Positions 37,116 through 50,727 of a DNA stretch of 64,000 bases are shown here, piece after piece. The stretch comes from the human T2T-CHM13v2.0 reference genome, Homo sapiens. The stretch lies in assembly GCF_009914755.1 (NCBI RefSeq), contig NC_060936.1; one strand, 5' to 3'. The notes under the pieces are model-generated. The model searched no databases. It saw nothing but the letters and a program-made list of their open reading frames with translations, and was not told the DNA's origin. The position numbers and the translations under genes were made by a program. The first letter of the stretch is position 1, and every line of letters starts with the position of its first letter.

Positions 37116-39334
37116 ATATTCTATACCTAGCATACAGTACAAGGCTGAAACAGAGTAGATGCCCATGAGTTGAATATATGAATAAATAAAAAGGCTTTTG
37201 ATTTTCCACATGGAATCAGTCCCACACATCATCTAAATCTGTACAGAGAAGTCTTCTTGAATCTATTTCATATATATATATAACTTTATGTAAAGAATTA
37301 ACTTAAAATATAACTTAATAAGTTGTATCATTATAACTTATTAAGTTATATGTGTAACTTATTCCATATATTTCTATCTTTCTATATGTTAATGCATATG
37401 TGCAATTGTGCACTTTAATCTTAACTTTTCATTTGTTACTATGCCATTTAATCAATTATTCCTATGTCACTTCATATTAAAAGTTTTTTTACAAATGTAT
37501 CAGGACTTTTTTGGTGAACAGTCTATCAGTTGTACCTTTTATATACACTTACATAATAATATACTCAGTAAATACTATATACAATAATCGCATATTATTA
37601 AAATGATTGTTTAGTAATTACTATAACTAATAAAAGTTTACCATGTTTTAAAATTTGGTCATTTGCTATTTAAGTAGGGTTTAATTTACAAAATTAAATC
37701 AAAAATTCCACAGAACAGAAGTTTACACCTACTATATAGCCCCTTCTAATCTCTCAGGTGCCTCCCGCAATAAATATCTTTTCTTATGGGATTTCATAAT
37801 TTAAAGAATAAAACAACTAACCATAAAGTTACAATGTTGAAGAGTGTAAATATGAGTGATCCTTTTCCACTTACATACAAGTGGATTATTTGATGGCTGA
37901 TTTAGCACAGAGGTTGAAACTCCATTGGGAATGTGGATAACTCGTTTCTCAATTAAGACAATGAAAATGAAATATGATGTGGTTGATCGACAGGAGGAAA
38001 CAGCTATTCCTATAACTTAAAATGTTTTATGGCATACCATTTATAATTCAATACCAAAACCCTGAGAAGAATAATGAAAATATCATAAGGCACACTGAGT
38101 TCCTTAAAAATAAGGATTGCATAATCAAAGGCATATTAAGACAGCAACAGCTGAAAAGATGTTCTAAGATGTTATTTCAGGAAAAATACTGTTCTTTCAT
38201 TATCTTAACAAAACATGAGTAGCCCCTGCTGATTTGAGCACCAAGTCATGATTTTTCCAAAAATGAAATGCTGTTTTGACTTTATTATTCAAAATTATGA
38301 TTTGGAAGAGGGCATGCTAGTCAGAAGCTTATAATGGCTACAGAAGAAGAAAGAGGAGAAGCCATAGAATATTGTGACTCTGAAATAAATTGATGATAAT
38401 CAATCTTCTTAAACATTTTCTACTCCCAAAGGAACCATTTCACAGTGTCTATCAAACAACAGATAAAAGTTTGGAAACACACATAACACTTGCTTCCTCA
38501 AAAATAGCAATAAATTCTTTGTCAAATTCTACAGCAGTCATTCCATAGAATTTCTTTGATTGTACTTCATTCAGTATTGCACATTTGCCATCATATATTT
38601 GTATCTTCATATAAAAAATACACATTTTAAGAAGAGATACATTTGCTCTGAATAATGCCTTTCTTTCCATATTTTCACTTTGATATTTTTTATGCCTTCT
38701 AAAGCAGAAGACGTTTGGTCAGCTTTGCCAAGAGATACAAATAGTTAAAGTAAAAGAACAGCTGGCTACTTTTCAATAATTGGTGGTAAGCAAAACTGGT
38801 TAGCAAGCATGCTGTTAATCTTCCTGGGCTGGCGGTACATGTTTGCCAGTAGCTCCAATGAGTCTCTTACCATTAAGCATCTTTAATCACTGTGGTGCAA
38901 CCAAAGCGGGTGATGGGTTATTCTTTCGCAAAGGCAAAAACATAAACTCCAAATATAAACCAAAACATTTAATCATTTCTGAATATTATAACTCCCTGGT
39001 TTCCTACAAATAGAAATGCAAAACCTTATTTAAACTGGTCTTTAATCCATAAAAAATTCTCTTCAAGAATGTGAAAGTGAGCCTAAGGAGAAAGAACATG
39101 AAGGCAAAATAGACTCCTCTAATGTGCAGAGCAACTGTACATAATGTCAAGAATGCAAAAATAGGATCAGTGCCTTGGTGAGAGTTCTCACACAGCTGGG
39201 TGAACCCATGCAGAATTCTTCTGAGCCTTATTTTCCTTTTCTGCACAGCCATTATTAATAGCCTTGGAGAGTTTACCTCACCCTCTGTCTGTTCTGGGTC
39301 TCAGAAACACAAGTCTACACCTGCAGGAACACAG

Positions 39335-39740
39335 TGGGTTCAGAGTAAACAGTTTATGTTTCATTATTAGCTCCATCTCTTATTTCCTGTACAAATGTGG
39401 GCAAAGTACTTAACTTCTTTGTGCTTTGTTTCATCACTGGCAAAAAAAAAAAAAAAGGATAAAAATTGCACACATATAAGTACAATGCAGTCATTAATGG
39501 TACAGGTTCTGGAGCTAAACTATTTGGATTTAAATCCTGGCTCTCGTATTTGTTAGATGTGTTACCCTGAACAAGTTACTGTATCTTTCTGTGCCTCAGA
39601 GTTTTTTGTCATGTGTAAAATGGATAATCTTTATAAAATAGGGATTTATGGATATTTTATTAAATTTTGTAACCCTTTAAAGTGATGTTTGCCATGTAAG
39701 AACTATTCAATATATATTAGCTACTCTTTTTGTTATTATT
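39335..39740 (+). mobile_element. Two MIR fragments
   Basis: MIR core motifs GGGCAAAGTACTTAACTTC and TTTAAATCCTGGCTC...AAGTTACT...TCTGTGCCTCAG...GTAAAATGG. Confidence 0.7.
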
Positions 39741-40739
39741 AATATCATTAGTATTGAAATTTCTGAATGGGCTTCCAATGAACAAAATCCTTTATCCACA
39801 GATTATGAAAAAGGTAAATGAAACAAAGAGTAAATATGGAGAACACAATATTGTTTTTATTACTAACTTTTGGCCTGAGGGCTTAGTAACTCATCCTGAA
39901 CACTAGTTAAACTGATTGACAAGCCACTACTCCCACCTCAAAGCAGCTTCCACATGAGTCGGCACCTGCAGAAACTTATAAAGAGGATTAAGGAATCTCT
40001 GCCTTCTGCAGCTATAACCCCTTTCAAGAAGAAGAGACTGTAGCTAAATAAATAGATCTTCCTAAATTTGCCTTTATGAAAAGTCATTCAACCTCCCCAA
40101 AGGCAAAATGAATAAAGAGTGCAGGGGAACCCTAGGTCATAACAATGAAGCATTATTTGCAGGAAGGAAACAGGAAGCGGAAGAAATCTTCCCAAATGAC
40201 ATTGTTGTCGTCATCATCATTATTATCCACACCATCACCAAAAGTGCCTCTACGAAGAGGCGCCTAGAACAGAGCATTTCCTTTTTCCTCAATAACTTTT
40301 TAAAAATTATTTTGTATTCCTTATATTCATGTATGTATTACACTAAAAGCTAGAGAACTTAAATGTCACTGGTCCCTTAGTCATGTGACAAACTCCCTTT
40401 TAGTATGTGTGCTTGCCAATATAAATTGGATTGGGAGTTATTTATCATCATTCAAAAAGATTAGTTAATATGCAGTTACTATGTCTCTTTTGCTAGGTCA
40501 ACAAATTTGCCTTCTGCTGTACTGAAATAGGGATATGATCATAATCATTTGTTCAGATTGTTGGGAAAGGAGCTTTCCACATACTCTTGTCAAATGTCAT
40601 AGAAATAGTTCACCTTATTTGGTGGGAAAAGGAGATAATAAAACCAATATGAAGCATCTGAAAAATAACAATGTACATCAAAATAAAAGGCCATTCACTA
40701 ACGATAAACAACTCAAAAATAAATTAGAATAACATGTGA

Positions 40740-41870
40740 AAATTGACATTCAGAACAGTGAAAAATATCCTGAGAAAGAGCAAAGTGGAATGACTCAATT
40801 CTGAATTTTAAAGTTTACTACAAAGCTATAATAATGAAGAAGGTATGGTCATGACATAAGGATATATAGAGAGATCAGTGGAATAGAAGGAAGATCCCAG
40901 AAATAGTCCCTCACGTTTATGGTCAATTAATTTTCAACACAGGTGCCAAGAAAATTCAACAGGAAGAAATAGCCTTTTAAAAATCAGTGCTGGGATAATT
41001 GGCTATCGATATGCAAAAAGATGAATTTGTACAAGGCAAATAGCCCAATTAAAAAATGGGCAAAGGATTTAAATACATATCTCTCCAAAGACAACATAAA
41101 ATGGCTAATAAGGATATGAAAAGATGTTCAACATCATTATCTATCCAGGAAATTTAAATCAATCCCATAATAGGAAACTATTTTTCACCCACTCTGATGT
41201 CTATAATCAAAGAAACAAACAATAACAAATGTTGGCTAGCATATGGGAAAATTGAAACTCTCATACCTTGCAAATGGGAATGTAAAATGGTAATCCAATT
41301 TGAAAAATAGTTGGACAGTTTCTTAAAATGTTTAATTGTTTTACCGTTTGACCCAGCAATTCTACTCCTAAGTATCAAATAAATACATAGGAATAGTCAC
41401 AACAGCATCATTCAAAAATTGCTAAAAATTTGAAACAATGTAATTTTTACTAATTGGTAACTGGATAAGCAATATTTGGCATATCTATACAGTGGAATAC
41501 TATTTAGCTATAAGCAGGAACAAATACAGATGCATACTGTAACATGAATGAACCTCAAAAACATTATGCTTAGTGAAAGAAGCCAGACACAAACGAACAC
41601 ATATTGAATGATTCCATTCATATGAAATGTCCCAAAATCCCAAATCTATATATTGAGGTGGTGGATTAGTAATTGTCTAGGACTGGGAGGTAGAATGGGG
41701 AGTGACTTTAAACAAACATGAGATTTCGTTCTAGGATGATACAAAAGTTCTAAAATTACATTATGGTAGAGTTTGTAAAACTTATAAAATATATTACATC
41801 TCATTGTACATTTATAATGCATGAATTTTATGATATATAAATTGTATCTTAATAAAGCTTTTCCAAGAAA
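40740..41870 (+). mobile_element. L1MD/ME ORF2 3' part and 3'UTR
   Basis: ORF2 C-terminal homology with an internal gap near 41030; 3'UTR ends CTTAATAAAGC. Confidence 0.75.
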
Positions 41871-42139
41871 AGAAAGGAATATTTTCCTAAAGTGTGAGAA
41901 TGAAACATACCTTTGAAAATTATTTCCTTCAAGTTACCCATTTGCTTAGTGATTATAAAGTGGATTCATATCTATTATTTAATTTTTTGTTTACAACAAT
42001 TCCTTGTAATAAAAAATATTATTTCTGTTTTACAGAGGAAGTTGACTCTAAGAAGTCAATTTATCTGCCATGGTCTTAAACTAGGTAGGTTGCACTAAAA
42101 CCGAATTTAATTTTGTTTTAATCCAAAATCATCTAACAT

Positions 42140-42500
42140 TTTGTTAGTGAATATTGTTCTGTGGCTCAAATGCAATATAACTTTGTTTGTCCCCCATGCA
42201 AGAATTCAAAGCACATGCTCTTGGTCAGGGATTCAGAGACCAGACTCCTTACATCTTGTGGATTCACTATTCCCTAAAACCTCATTATCATCTCATTTGC
42301 TGGAAAAGGAAAGAGAGCATGGAGGGTGTTTTACAGCCTTTGCCTGGGGAAGACACACCTTGTCTCCTAACATGTCATTGGCTAGAATTCAGTCACATGA
42401 CCACACCTAACTGCAAGGGCAGCTGGGAAGTACCAACTAGAGGTGGGCCATAAAATAAGAGGATAATGAATTTTGGTAAAAAGCTAGCAGTCTCTGCACA
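42140..42500 (-). mobile_element. MLT1J-like LTR fragment
   Basis: TCATTGGCTAGAATTCAGTCACATGACCACACCTAACTGCAAGGG...GCTGGGAA. Confidence 0.65.
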
Positions 42501-42891
42501 GAAATGTAACCTTTAAGAAAATTTGACTGCTACCTGTGCTCTGAAATGGCAAGTTTAAGGTCAAATCTATCTAATGCATTCACATATTCTTATAAAATTA
42601 ACTGAAGATAAAGTTTAGCTATAAAGAAGTAATCATAAACCTAAACATTCATTCTACGTTTCTAACTGTGCTTATTACAAACATGACGCAAATCAAGTTC
42701 CTTTTACAATTCCTTGAGTAACCAGGAATTATATGGTTCTAAGTTAACAGTGCTCAAGCACTGACCCAATCACCATTTGTCATTTCACAGTTCAGTTCTG
42801 CAACTTATATGCTATGTAATTTGGACATGTTATTTAATGCCTGTAAGTGTCAGATTCTCCAACTGAAGAAAAGGAATAATACACCCAAGTC

Positions 42892-44017
42892 AACCATAAA
42901 AACCCTAAAAGAAAACCTAGGCAATACCACTCAGGACATAGGCATAGGCAAGGACTTCATGACTAAAACACCAAAAGCAATGGCAACAAAAGCCAAAATT
43001 GACAAATGGGATCTAATTAAACTAAAGAGCTTCTGCACAGCAAAAGAAACTACCATCAGAGTGAACAGGCAACCCACAGAATAGGAGAAAATTTTAACAA
43101 TCTACCCATCTGACAAAGGGCTAATATCCAGAATCTATAAAGAACTCAAACAAATTTACAAGAAAAAAATCAAACAACCCCATCGAAAAGTGGGTGAAGG
43201 AAATGAACAGACACTTCTCAAAAGAAGACATTTATGCAACCAACAGACCTATGGAAAAAGCTCATCATCACTGGTCATTAGAGAAATGCAAATCAAAACC
43301 ACAATGAGATGCCATCTCACACCAGTTAGAATGGCGATCATTAAAAAGTCAGGAAACAACAGGTGCTGGAGAGGATGTGGAGAAATAGGAACACTTTTAC
43401 ACTGTTGGTGGGACTGTAAACTAGTTCAACCATTGTGGAAGACAGTGTGGCGATTCCTCAGGGATCTAGAACTAGAAATACCACTTGACCCAGCCATCCC
43501 ATTACTGGGTATATACCCAAAGGATTATAAATCATGCTGCTATAAAGACACATGCACAGGTATGTTTATTGTGGCACTATTCACAATAGCAAAGACTTGG
43601 AACCAACCCACATGTCGAACAATGATAGACTGGATTAAGAAAATGTGGCACATATACACCATGGAATAGTATGCAGCCATAAAAAATGATGAGTTCATGT
43701 CCTTTGTAGGGACATGGATGAAGCTGGAAACCATCATTCTGAGCAAACTATTGCAAGGACAGAAAACCAAACACTGCATGTTCTCACTCATAGGTGGGAA
43801 TTGAACAATAAGAACACTTGGACACAGGGTGGGGAACATCACACACCGGGGCCTGTTGTGGGGTTGGGGGGAGCGGGGAGGGATAGCATTAGGAGATATA
43901 CCTAATGTAAATGATGAGTTAATGGGTGGGGCACACCAACATGGCACATGTATACATATGTAACAAACCTGCATGTTGTGCACATGTACCCTAGAACTTA
44001 AAGTATAATTAAAAAAA
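42892..44017 (+). mobile_element. 5'-truncated L1PA5-like element inserted in a MIR
   Basis: ORF2 C-terminus, 3'UTR and poly(A); exact 14-bp TSD AATACACCCAAGTC at 42878-42891 and 44018-44031; MIR flanks. Confidence 0.93.
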
Positions 44018-44919
44018 AATACACCCAAGTCTTCAAGAGTTATCAGGAAGATTAAATATATGTAGAACATTAGCTGATAGAGAAGAAATTTATTAAATGG
44101 TACTCTTCAGCTGCCCTTTCCTATAAGGTCCTAGAAGACTCTATTACTATGATTTGGTGATAAAAGTTCTAAAACAATTTACTTCCCTTATTCCTGTGGT
44201 ATATATTTTTTCAGCTACAACTTATTTTATTAATATGCATGACAATAACACATATTTTCTTCTTTTTCTTTTCCTTCTGAGTAATTAACTCAGTACCTGT
44301 CTTATTCTATGCACTTTAAAATGATGGTTTCAATCGTATGAAGTCACACGAGTCTTGCTGAAAAGATTGGCACATCGCCATTTGAACACAACTCTTCTAT
44401 CTTTAAGATAGATCTCTGGCTGGGAGGTTTATGACTACTCATTTTGAGCTTCTCATTGTTTGCAGACAGGTGCTCTTCTTCATTTCACTGATGCAAGAAA
44501 AGTATATTAGTTCTCTGTGCTGTGACTTTCACCTGCTTCACCTCCTCTCCCAAGAGAAATGTCAGAAAGAAATCTTCACTTTTCATTGAATAAGCTGACA
44601 AGAACAGGGTAGTGAAATGCAACTTCTTAGATAAAAAAGAAAGATAATACAATAGATGTTTCTGGAAAAGTTTTATTTCATTTTATTTTTGAATTTTGGC
44701 TTTCCAAAATTCCTTAATAGGCAAACAAAATAACAAATTACATATGAATAACAGAAAATCAATCTGGAGCCAAATCAGTGTCACACATCAATGGTCTCTA
44801 AACAGTGAACAGCTTGTCAAATATGGAATGTCCACTCACCATCCTATACCTACTGAATCAGAAATTTTAAGCATTAGAGTCTAGTTTGAGAACCCAAAGT
44901 TGGCATTTTTTGTACTCTT

Positions 44920-45002
44920 CATAATTTGAACCATATAAAATTGTTAAAACTTGACAACATTTTATGTACAAAGTGTCAACTTTATAATAGTTCCACCTAA
45001 TA
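44920..45002. mobile_element. MADE2-like mariner MITE, with MER5-like fragments nearby
   Basis: About 80 bp with degenerate inverted ends TTGAACCATATAAAATTG...TAATAGTTCCACCTAATA. Confidence 0.6.
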
Positions 45003-45683
45003 TTTAGCTCAGTCACATGAGTTTAGTTTTCAAATTTCTCTGGGTGACTTTCTGAAAAACATATATTCCCAGGTCTGGCCTAAAATCTACTAAATTAGAA
45101 TTCTAGAGCAGGAGATTCTGCTGCTCTAGAACCCTCAAGAAACTATCATTTGAAAGTATAAGTCCTTTTTCAGGTATAAGGTTGTAGAGGTTTGGAAAAG
45201 GAACATCATGGTGATGCCTCTGTTTGTGAATAAAGAGAAGTAAATTATAATTTTTTTTACATTTAGAATTAGGAAACAACAACTGCTTACAAATCAAGTC
45301 CTTATATATATACCTGACAATCTGGAAAATTAAGCACTAAGGTGAAATTTAAAGATGTACTTAATATTTGTATAATGAACCAGAGTAACATGTACTTTAT
45401 AAACATCCTGATCATATCTTGTGTGAATTTATGACCACAAATCTGAAGGAGAAAATTTTCCACATTAATTCTTAAGACTGTTCCTGCTTTGGAATTAGAT
45501 GCATGATTATGTGTCTGTTGCACGGGGAGAAGACTGAGTAGAGTTTGGCTGGACAGGAATTCAGGTTATGTGGCTGACCCAATGGCCCCCTGAATGGCTC
45601 AATATTTATTTGTCTCACTCATGCTTGTTTTGACCCTTGGTTCTCTGCTCTCTGACTGCAATCGGTTACTCCACACCCAATGC

Positions 45684-45687
<4 letters not shown>

Positions 45688-45732
<45 letters not shown>

Positions 45733-45755
45733 CTCTCTCTCTCTCTGTCTCTCTC
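45688..45755. repeat. Compound microsatellite (AC)21 followed by (CT)n
   Basis: Read directly from the sequence. Confidence 0.97.
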
Positions 45756-47454
45756 ACAGACAGCCCAGTCTGACGTGATCCGTACCTAGCTCTCTGTCAT
45801 TTGTATGTTTCCTTTGGATTATGTTTGTCCAAATGCCTTTGGAATATCTGTACTTGAATATCATAGGACTAGGAATTTGCTTAAGTCTGAAATTATTTGT
45901 GTAATGAGAAGGCAATATTGCAGTGTACATACCTGGAATATTTTCTACATATTTGCTAACCAATTGTTTATTTTTTTAAATTCAAGCCCCTAATTCTGAT
46001 AATGTTATTGGTAGGGTGTTGGTGGACTTAACATGACTGGTGGATTTAGAGTAAGCCTGAAAATGAATGAATACAGTTCTATCCAGAAATATTTTAGTTT
46101 CCTCTGGAATAAATCAATTTGGTTTAGAGTAAAAGTTCCATTCCACTCATGATTCAGCTCAGTCAGTGTCTAGGTCAAAGCCCTATTATCCAAACTCAGG
46201 CAGAGTTTTGTGAAGGGCCTTCAGTGGCCTAGAGGTGTGGGTGGGGGAAAGTTACCTTTCATCCTCTGCTATCCACATCTTTTCAGCTGCCCCTACTCTT
46301 AGCAACCATCTAGGGACAGGAGATATACAAGACAATCAATATGATGTCAGAACTTCAATGTGGAACATTTGTAGGACTTCAAGTTTTTGCTGCCAAAAAA
46401 AGCAAAAGCAAAAAAGCAAACAAAAAAAAACACCTTTAATTATTATTAGCCCTCTCTGCTGCTGGGGACCAGATGCTGGCTCTGTTGGGAGGGATATCTG
46501 TTGTTCTCAGGGCACTGCATGGGTGAGGTAAAATGAGGGAAACAACCTCCTGCACAGACACATCTCTGCCCTACACTAACCCATAGTGTATTATCTGGCC
46601 CTCCACCCACAGACTCCTCCGCCTAAGCCTCAAACTCTGATGTGCAGCTTTGTAGGGATGCCTTCAAGATGGTTTAACCCGAACCACGTAAACTGACATG
46701 TTCTTCATCCACCAGAAACACCAGTGTCTTTGCCAGCCTCAGTGGTGGGAATTAAGGCTACCTCAGACACTACTTCTCTTAATTCTTAATTCAGCTACCA
46801 TCTCTCTTATTGTCCCCACTCCTTGGCAGCATAAAGAGGATCCGTCAGCCCTGTGACTTCAGTTTTCTTATTGGAGTTAAATCTGAGTTTCTTCTTACTC
46901 AGCACAGGTGAGAGAGCCCCAGTTGCAACATTTTTTGATTCCACATATCAGTAAGATCATGTAGTATTTGTTTTTCCATGCATTTCTTGTTTTGCTTAGC
47001 ATATGATTCTCCAGTTTCATCCAAGTCATTGCAAATGGAAGGACCCCCTTTTTTTAAAGGCTAAATAATATTCCTCTGTGTGTGTGTGTACATAACTTTT
47101 TATTCACTCATCCATACATGGACAGATGTTTGTGTAGTTTGCATATCTTGGCTATTATGAATAATAGTGTGATGAACATGGAAGAACAGATATCTTTCCG
47201 AGGTAGTGATTTCATTGACTTTATGTATACACCCAGAAGTGGGATTGCTTGATCATATGTAGTTCTATTTTCAGTTTTTGAGGAAACTTGATACTGTTTT
47301 CTATAATGGCAGTACCAATTTACTTTCCTACCAACAGCATGCAAAGGGTCCCTTTTCTCCACACCTTTACCAACACTTAAAATCATTTGCTTTTTGTTAG
47401 TAGGCATCCTAACAGGTGTCAGCTGACCTCCCGTGTTTTCATTTGCCTTTCCCA

Positions 47455-49160
47455 TGATAATCTTTGACAAACCTTATAAAAACAAGCAATGGGGAAAGGA
47501 TTCCCTATTCAATAAATGCTGCTGGGATAACTGGCTAGCCATATGCAGAAGATTAAAACTGGACCCCTTCCTTATGCCATATAAAAAAATTAACACAAGA
47601 TGGACTAAAGACTTAAATGTAAAATCTGAAACTATAAAAACCCTAGAAGACAACTTAAGCAAAGCATTCTGGACCTAGGAATGGGCAAAAATTTCATGAT
47701 GAAGAACCCAAAAGCAACTGAAACAAAAGCAAACTTGACAAATGGGATCTAATTAAACTAAAGGGCTTCTGCACAGTAAAGGAAACTATCAACAGAGTGA
47801 ACAGACAACCTACAGAGTAGAAGAATTTTGGCAAACTATGCATCTGACAAAGGTCTAATATCCAGAATCTATGAGGAACTTAAATTTACAAGAAAAAAAC
47901 AACCCTATTAAAAAGTGGGCAAAGGATATGAATAGACACTTCTCAAAAGAATGCTTACATTCAAACAAAAATCATATGAAAAAAAGTTCAACATCACTGA
48001 TCATTAGAGAAATACAAATAAAAACCACAATGAGATAACATCTCACTCCAGTCAGAATAGCTATTATTAAAGAGCCAAAAAATAACAGATGCTCGTGAGG
48101 TTGTGGAGAGAAAGGAACTCTTATATGCCATTGATGGGAACGTAAATGAGTTTAGCCATTGTGGAAGACAGTGTGGTGATTCCTCAAAGACCTAGAAACA
48201 GAAATACCATTCAGCCCAGCAATCCTATTACTGGGTATATGCCCCAAAGCATATAAATCATTCTATCATAAAGACACACACAGACACACACACACACACA
48301 TTGATTGCACACTATTCACAATAGCAAAGACACGGAATTTGCTAGACTGGATAAAGAAAATGTGGTACATATATACTGTATTAGTCTGTTTTCATGCTGC
48401 TGGTAAAGACATATCCAAGACTGGGCAATTTACAAAGGAAAGAGGTTTAATGGACTTACAGTTCCACATGGTTGGGGAGGCCTCAAAATCATGGTGGATG
48501 GGAAGAAGGAACAAGTCACATCTTACATGGATAGCAGCAGGCAAAAAGAGAGAGCTTGTGCAGAGGAACTCCTCTTTATGAAACCATCAGACCTCATGAG
48601 ACTTATTCACCTTCATGAGAACAGCATGGAAAAGACGCACCCTCATGATTCGATTAGCTCCCACAGGGTCCTTCTCACAACACATGAGAATCATGGGAGC
48701 TAAAATTCAAGATGAGATTTGGATGAGTCCACAGCCAAACCCTATCTACACCATGGAAAATATGTAGCCTTAAAAAGGAATGAGATCATATCCTTTGCAG
48801 GAACCTGGATGCAGCTGGAGGACATTATTGTTAGCAAACTAACATGGGAACAGAAAACTAAATACCATATGTTCTCACTTATAAGTGACAACTAAATGAT
48901 GAGAACACATGGACACAGAGAGGGGAACAGCACACACTGGGGCCTCCATGATGTTAGTGGTGGGAGGATGGAGAGGATCAGGAAAAATAACTAATAGATA
49001 CTAGACTTAATAACTGGGCAAAGAAATAATCTGTACAACAAACCCTCATGACACAAATTTACCTATATAAGAAACCTGCCATGTATCCCTGAATTTAAAA
49101 AGTTAAATTTAAAAGAGTAAATAAAAAGTTAAGGAAATAAAATGCAGAACAAAAAAAAAA
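47455..49160 (+). mobile_element. 5'-truncated L1PA13-15-like element
   Basis: ORF2 C-terminus (IFDKP...WGKDSLFNK), 3'UTR and A-rich tail; interrupted by a THE1B LTR. Confidence 0.88.
48377..48746 (-). mobile_element. THE1B-like solo LTR
   Basis: TGTATTAGTCTGTTTTCATGCTGCTG...CAGCCAAACCCTATC; imperfect TSD TATAC/TACAC. Confidence 0.9.
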
Positions 49161-49648
49161 CTGATTTATGCATGTTCATTTCTGTATACAGCAAGTTTAC
49201 TGAATTTGTTTATTAGCTCTGTGTTTTCTGGTGATGTCTTTAGGGTTTTCTACGTGTAGAATCACATCATCTGCAAACAGTAATCATTTTACTTTTTCAT
49301 ATTTTATTTACATGTCTTTTTTCTTGTCTGATCTCTGTGGCCATTTCTATTTTAAAAACTATTTTAAAAACAAGTGGCAAGAGTAGATTTTTTTTATGCA
49401 CTGGATCTTAGGGAAAGAGTTTTTTTTCCCATTGATTATGATGTGAACAATGGGCTTTTCATAAACGTCCTTAATTATGTTGAGGATAGTTTCTTCTATA
49501 CCAGTTTTTGAGGATTTTTTAAATCATGAATGTAGATTGAACTTTGTCAAATGCTTTATTTTACATCTGTTGAAATGACCATGTAGTTTTCTTTTAATCT
49601 TTTATTCTGTTAACATGGTGTATCACAGTGATTGACTTGCATATTTTA

Positions 49649-50403
49649 TTTATTTATTTATTTTTAAATTTTTTGTGGGTACATAGTAGGTGTATATACT
49701 TATGGGGTACATGAGATGTTTTGGTACAGGTATAAATGCAAAACAAGCACATCATGGAGAATGGGATATCCATGCCCTCAAGCATTTATCCTTTGAGTTA
49801 CAAGCAACACAGTTACACTCTAAGTTTTTTTAAATATACATTTATTATTGACTATAGTCACCCTTGTGCTATCAAATACTAGATCCTTTTCCTTATTTGT
49901 AATTATTTTTTGTACGTGTTAATCATTGCCTCCACCCCCTACAGGCCCCCACTATCCTTCCCATCATCTAGTAACTATCCTTCTACTCTCTATGTCTGTG
50001 AGTTTAATGTTTTGATTTTTAGATCCCACAAATAATTGAGAATGTGTAATGTTTGTCTTTCTGTGCCTGGTTTATTTCATGTAACATAACAACCTCCGGT
50101 TCCATCCATGTTATTGCAAATTGATGGATCTCATTTTTTATGGCTAAAGAGTACTCCATTGCGTATATGTACCACATTTTATTTAACCATTTATCTGTTG
50201 ATGGACACTTAGGTTGTTTCCAAGTCTTATCTGTTGTAAACAGTGCTGCAACAAACATAGGAGTGCAAATATCTCTTTGATAAACTGATTTCCTTTCTTT
50301 TAGGTATATACCCAGCAGTGGGATTGCTGGATCATATGGTAGCTCTAGTTTTAGTTTTTGAGGAGCCTCCATACTGTTCTCCATAGTGGTTGTACTAATT
50401 TAC
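49649..50403 (-). mobile_element. L1MA2/3-like 3' end
   Basis: T-rich tail and 3'UTR; 16-bp TSD with one mismatch at 49633-49648 and 50404-50419. Confidence 0.85.
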
Positions 50404-50727
50404 TGATTTGCATATTTTAAACCAAAGTCAGATCTCAGGGATAAATCCCACTTAGTCATGGCATACAATCTTTTTGATGTGTCATTGAATTTGGTTTGCT
50501 AATGTTTTATTGAGATATTTGCATCAATGTTTATAGGAGTTAGTGGTTTGTAGTAATCTTTTCTTGCAGTGTCTTTTCTGGCATTCATGTCAGGGTAATT
50601 TTTGGCTCTATTAAATGAGTTTGGAAGTGTAACCTCTTCCTCTATTTTTTGAAAGAGTTTAAGGATTGGTATTAGTTCTTCCTTAATTATTTGAAAGAAC
50701 TTAGCCATTAAGTCATATAATACTGGG

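Noticed and set aside
37995-38007. AGGAAACAGCTAT, matching part of the M13-reverse/lacZ leader
   Set aside because: Only 13 nt with no flanking vector sequence; a chance match, not contamination.
38452-38670. 72-aa minus-strand ORF (IYDGKCAILNEVQSKKFYGMTAVEFDKEF)
   Set aside because: Weak splice signals and no homology I can recognise.
40243-40265. Small hairpin GCCTCT-ACGA-AGAGGC or CTCF-like site
   Set aside because: A 6-bp stem is expected by chance, and it has four mismatches to the CTCF core.
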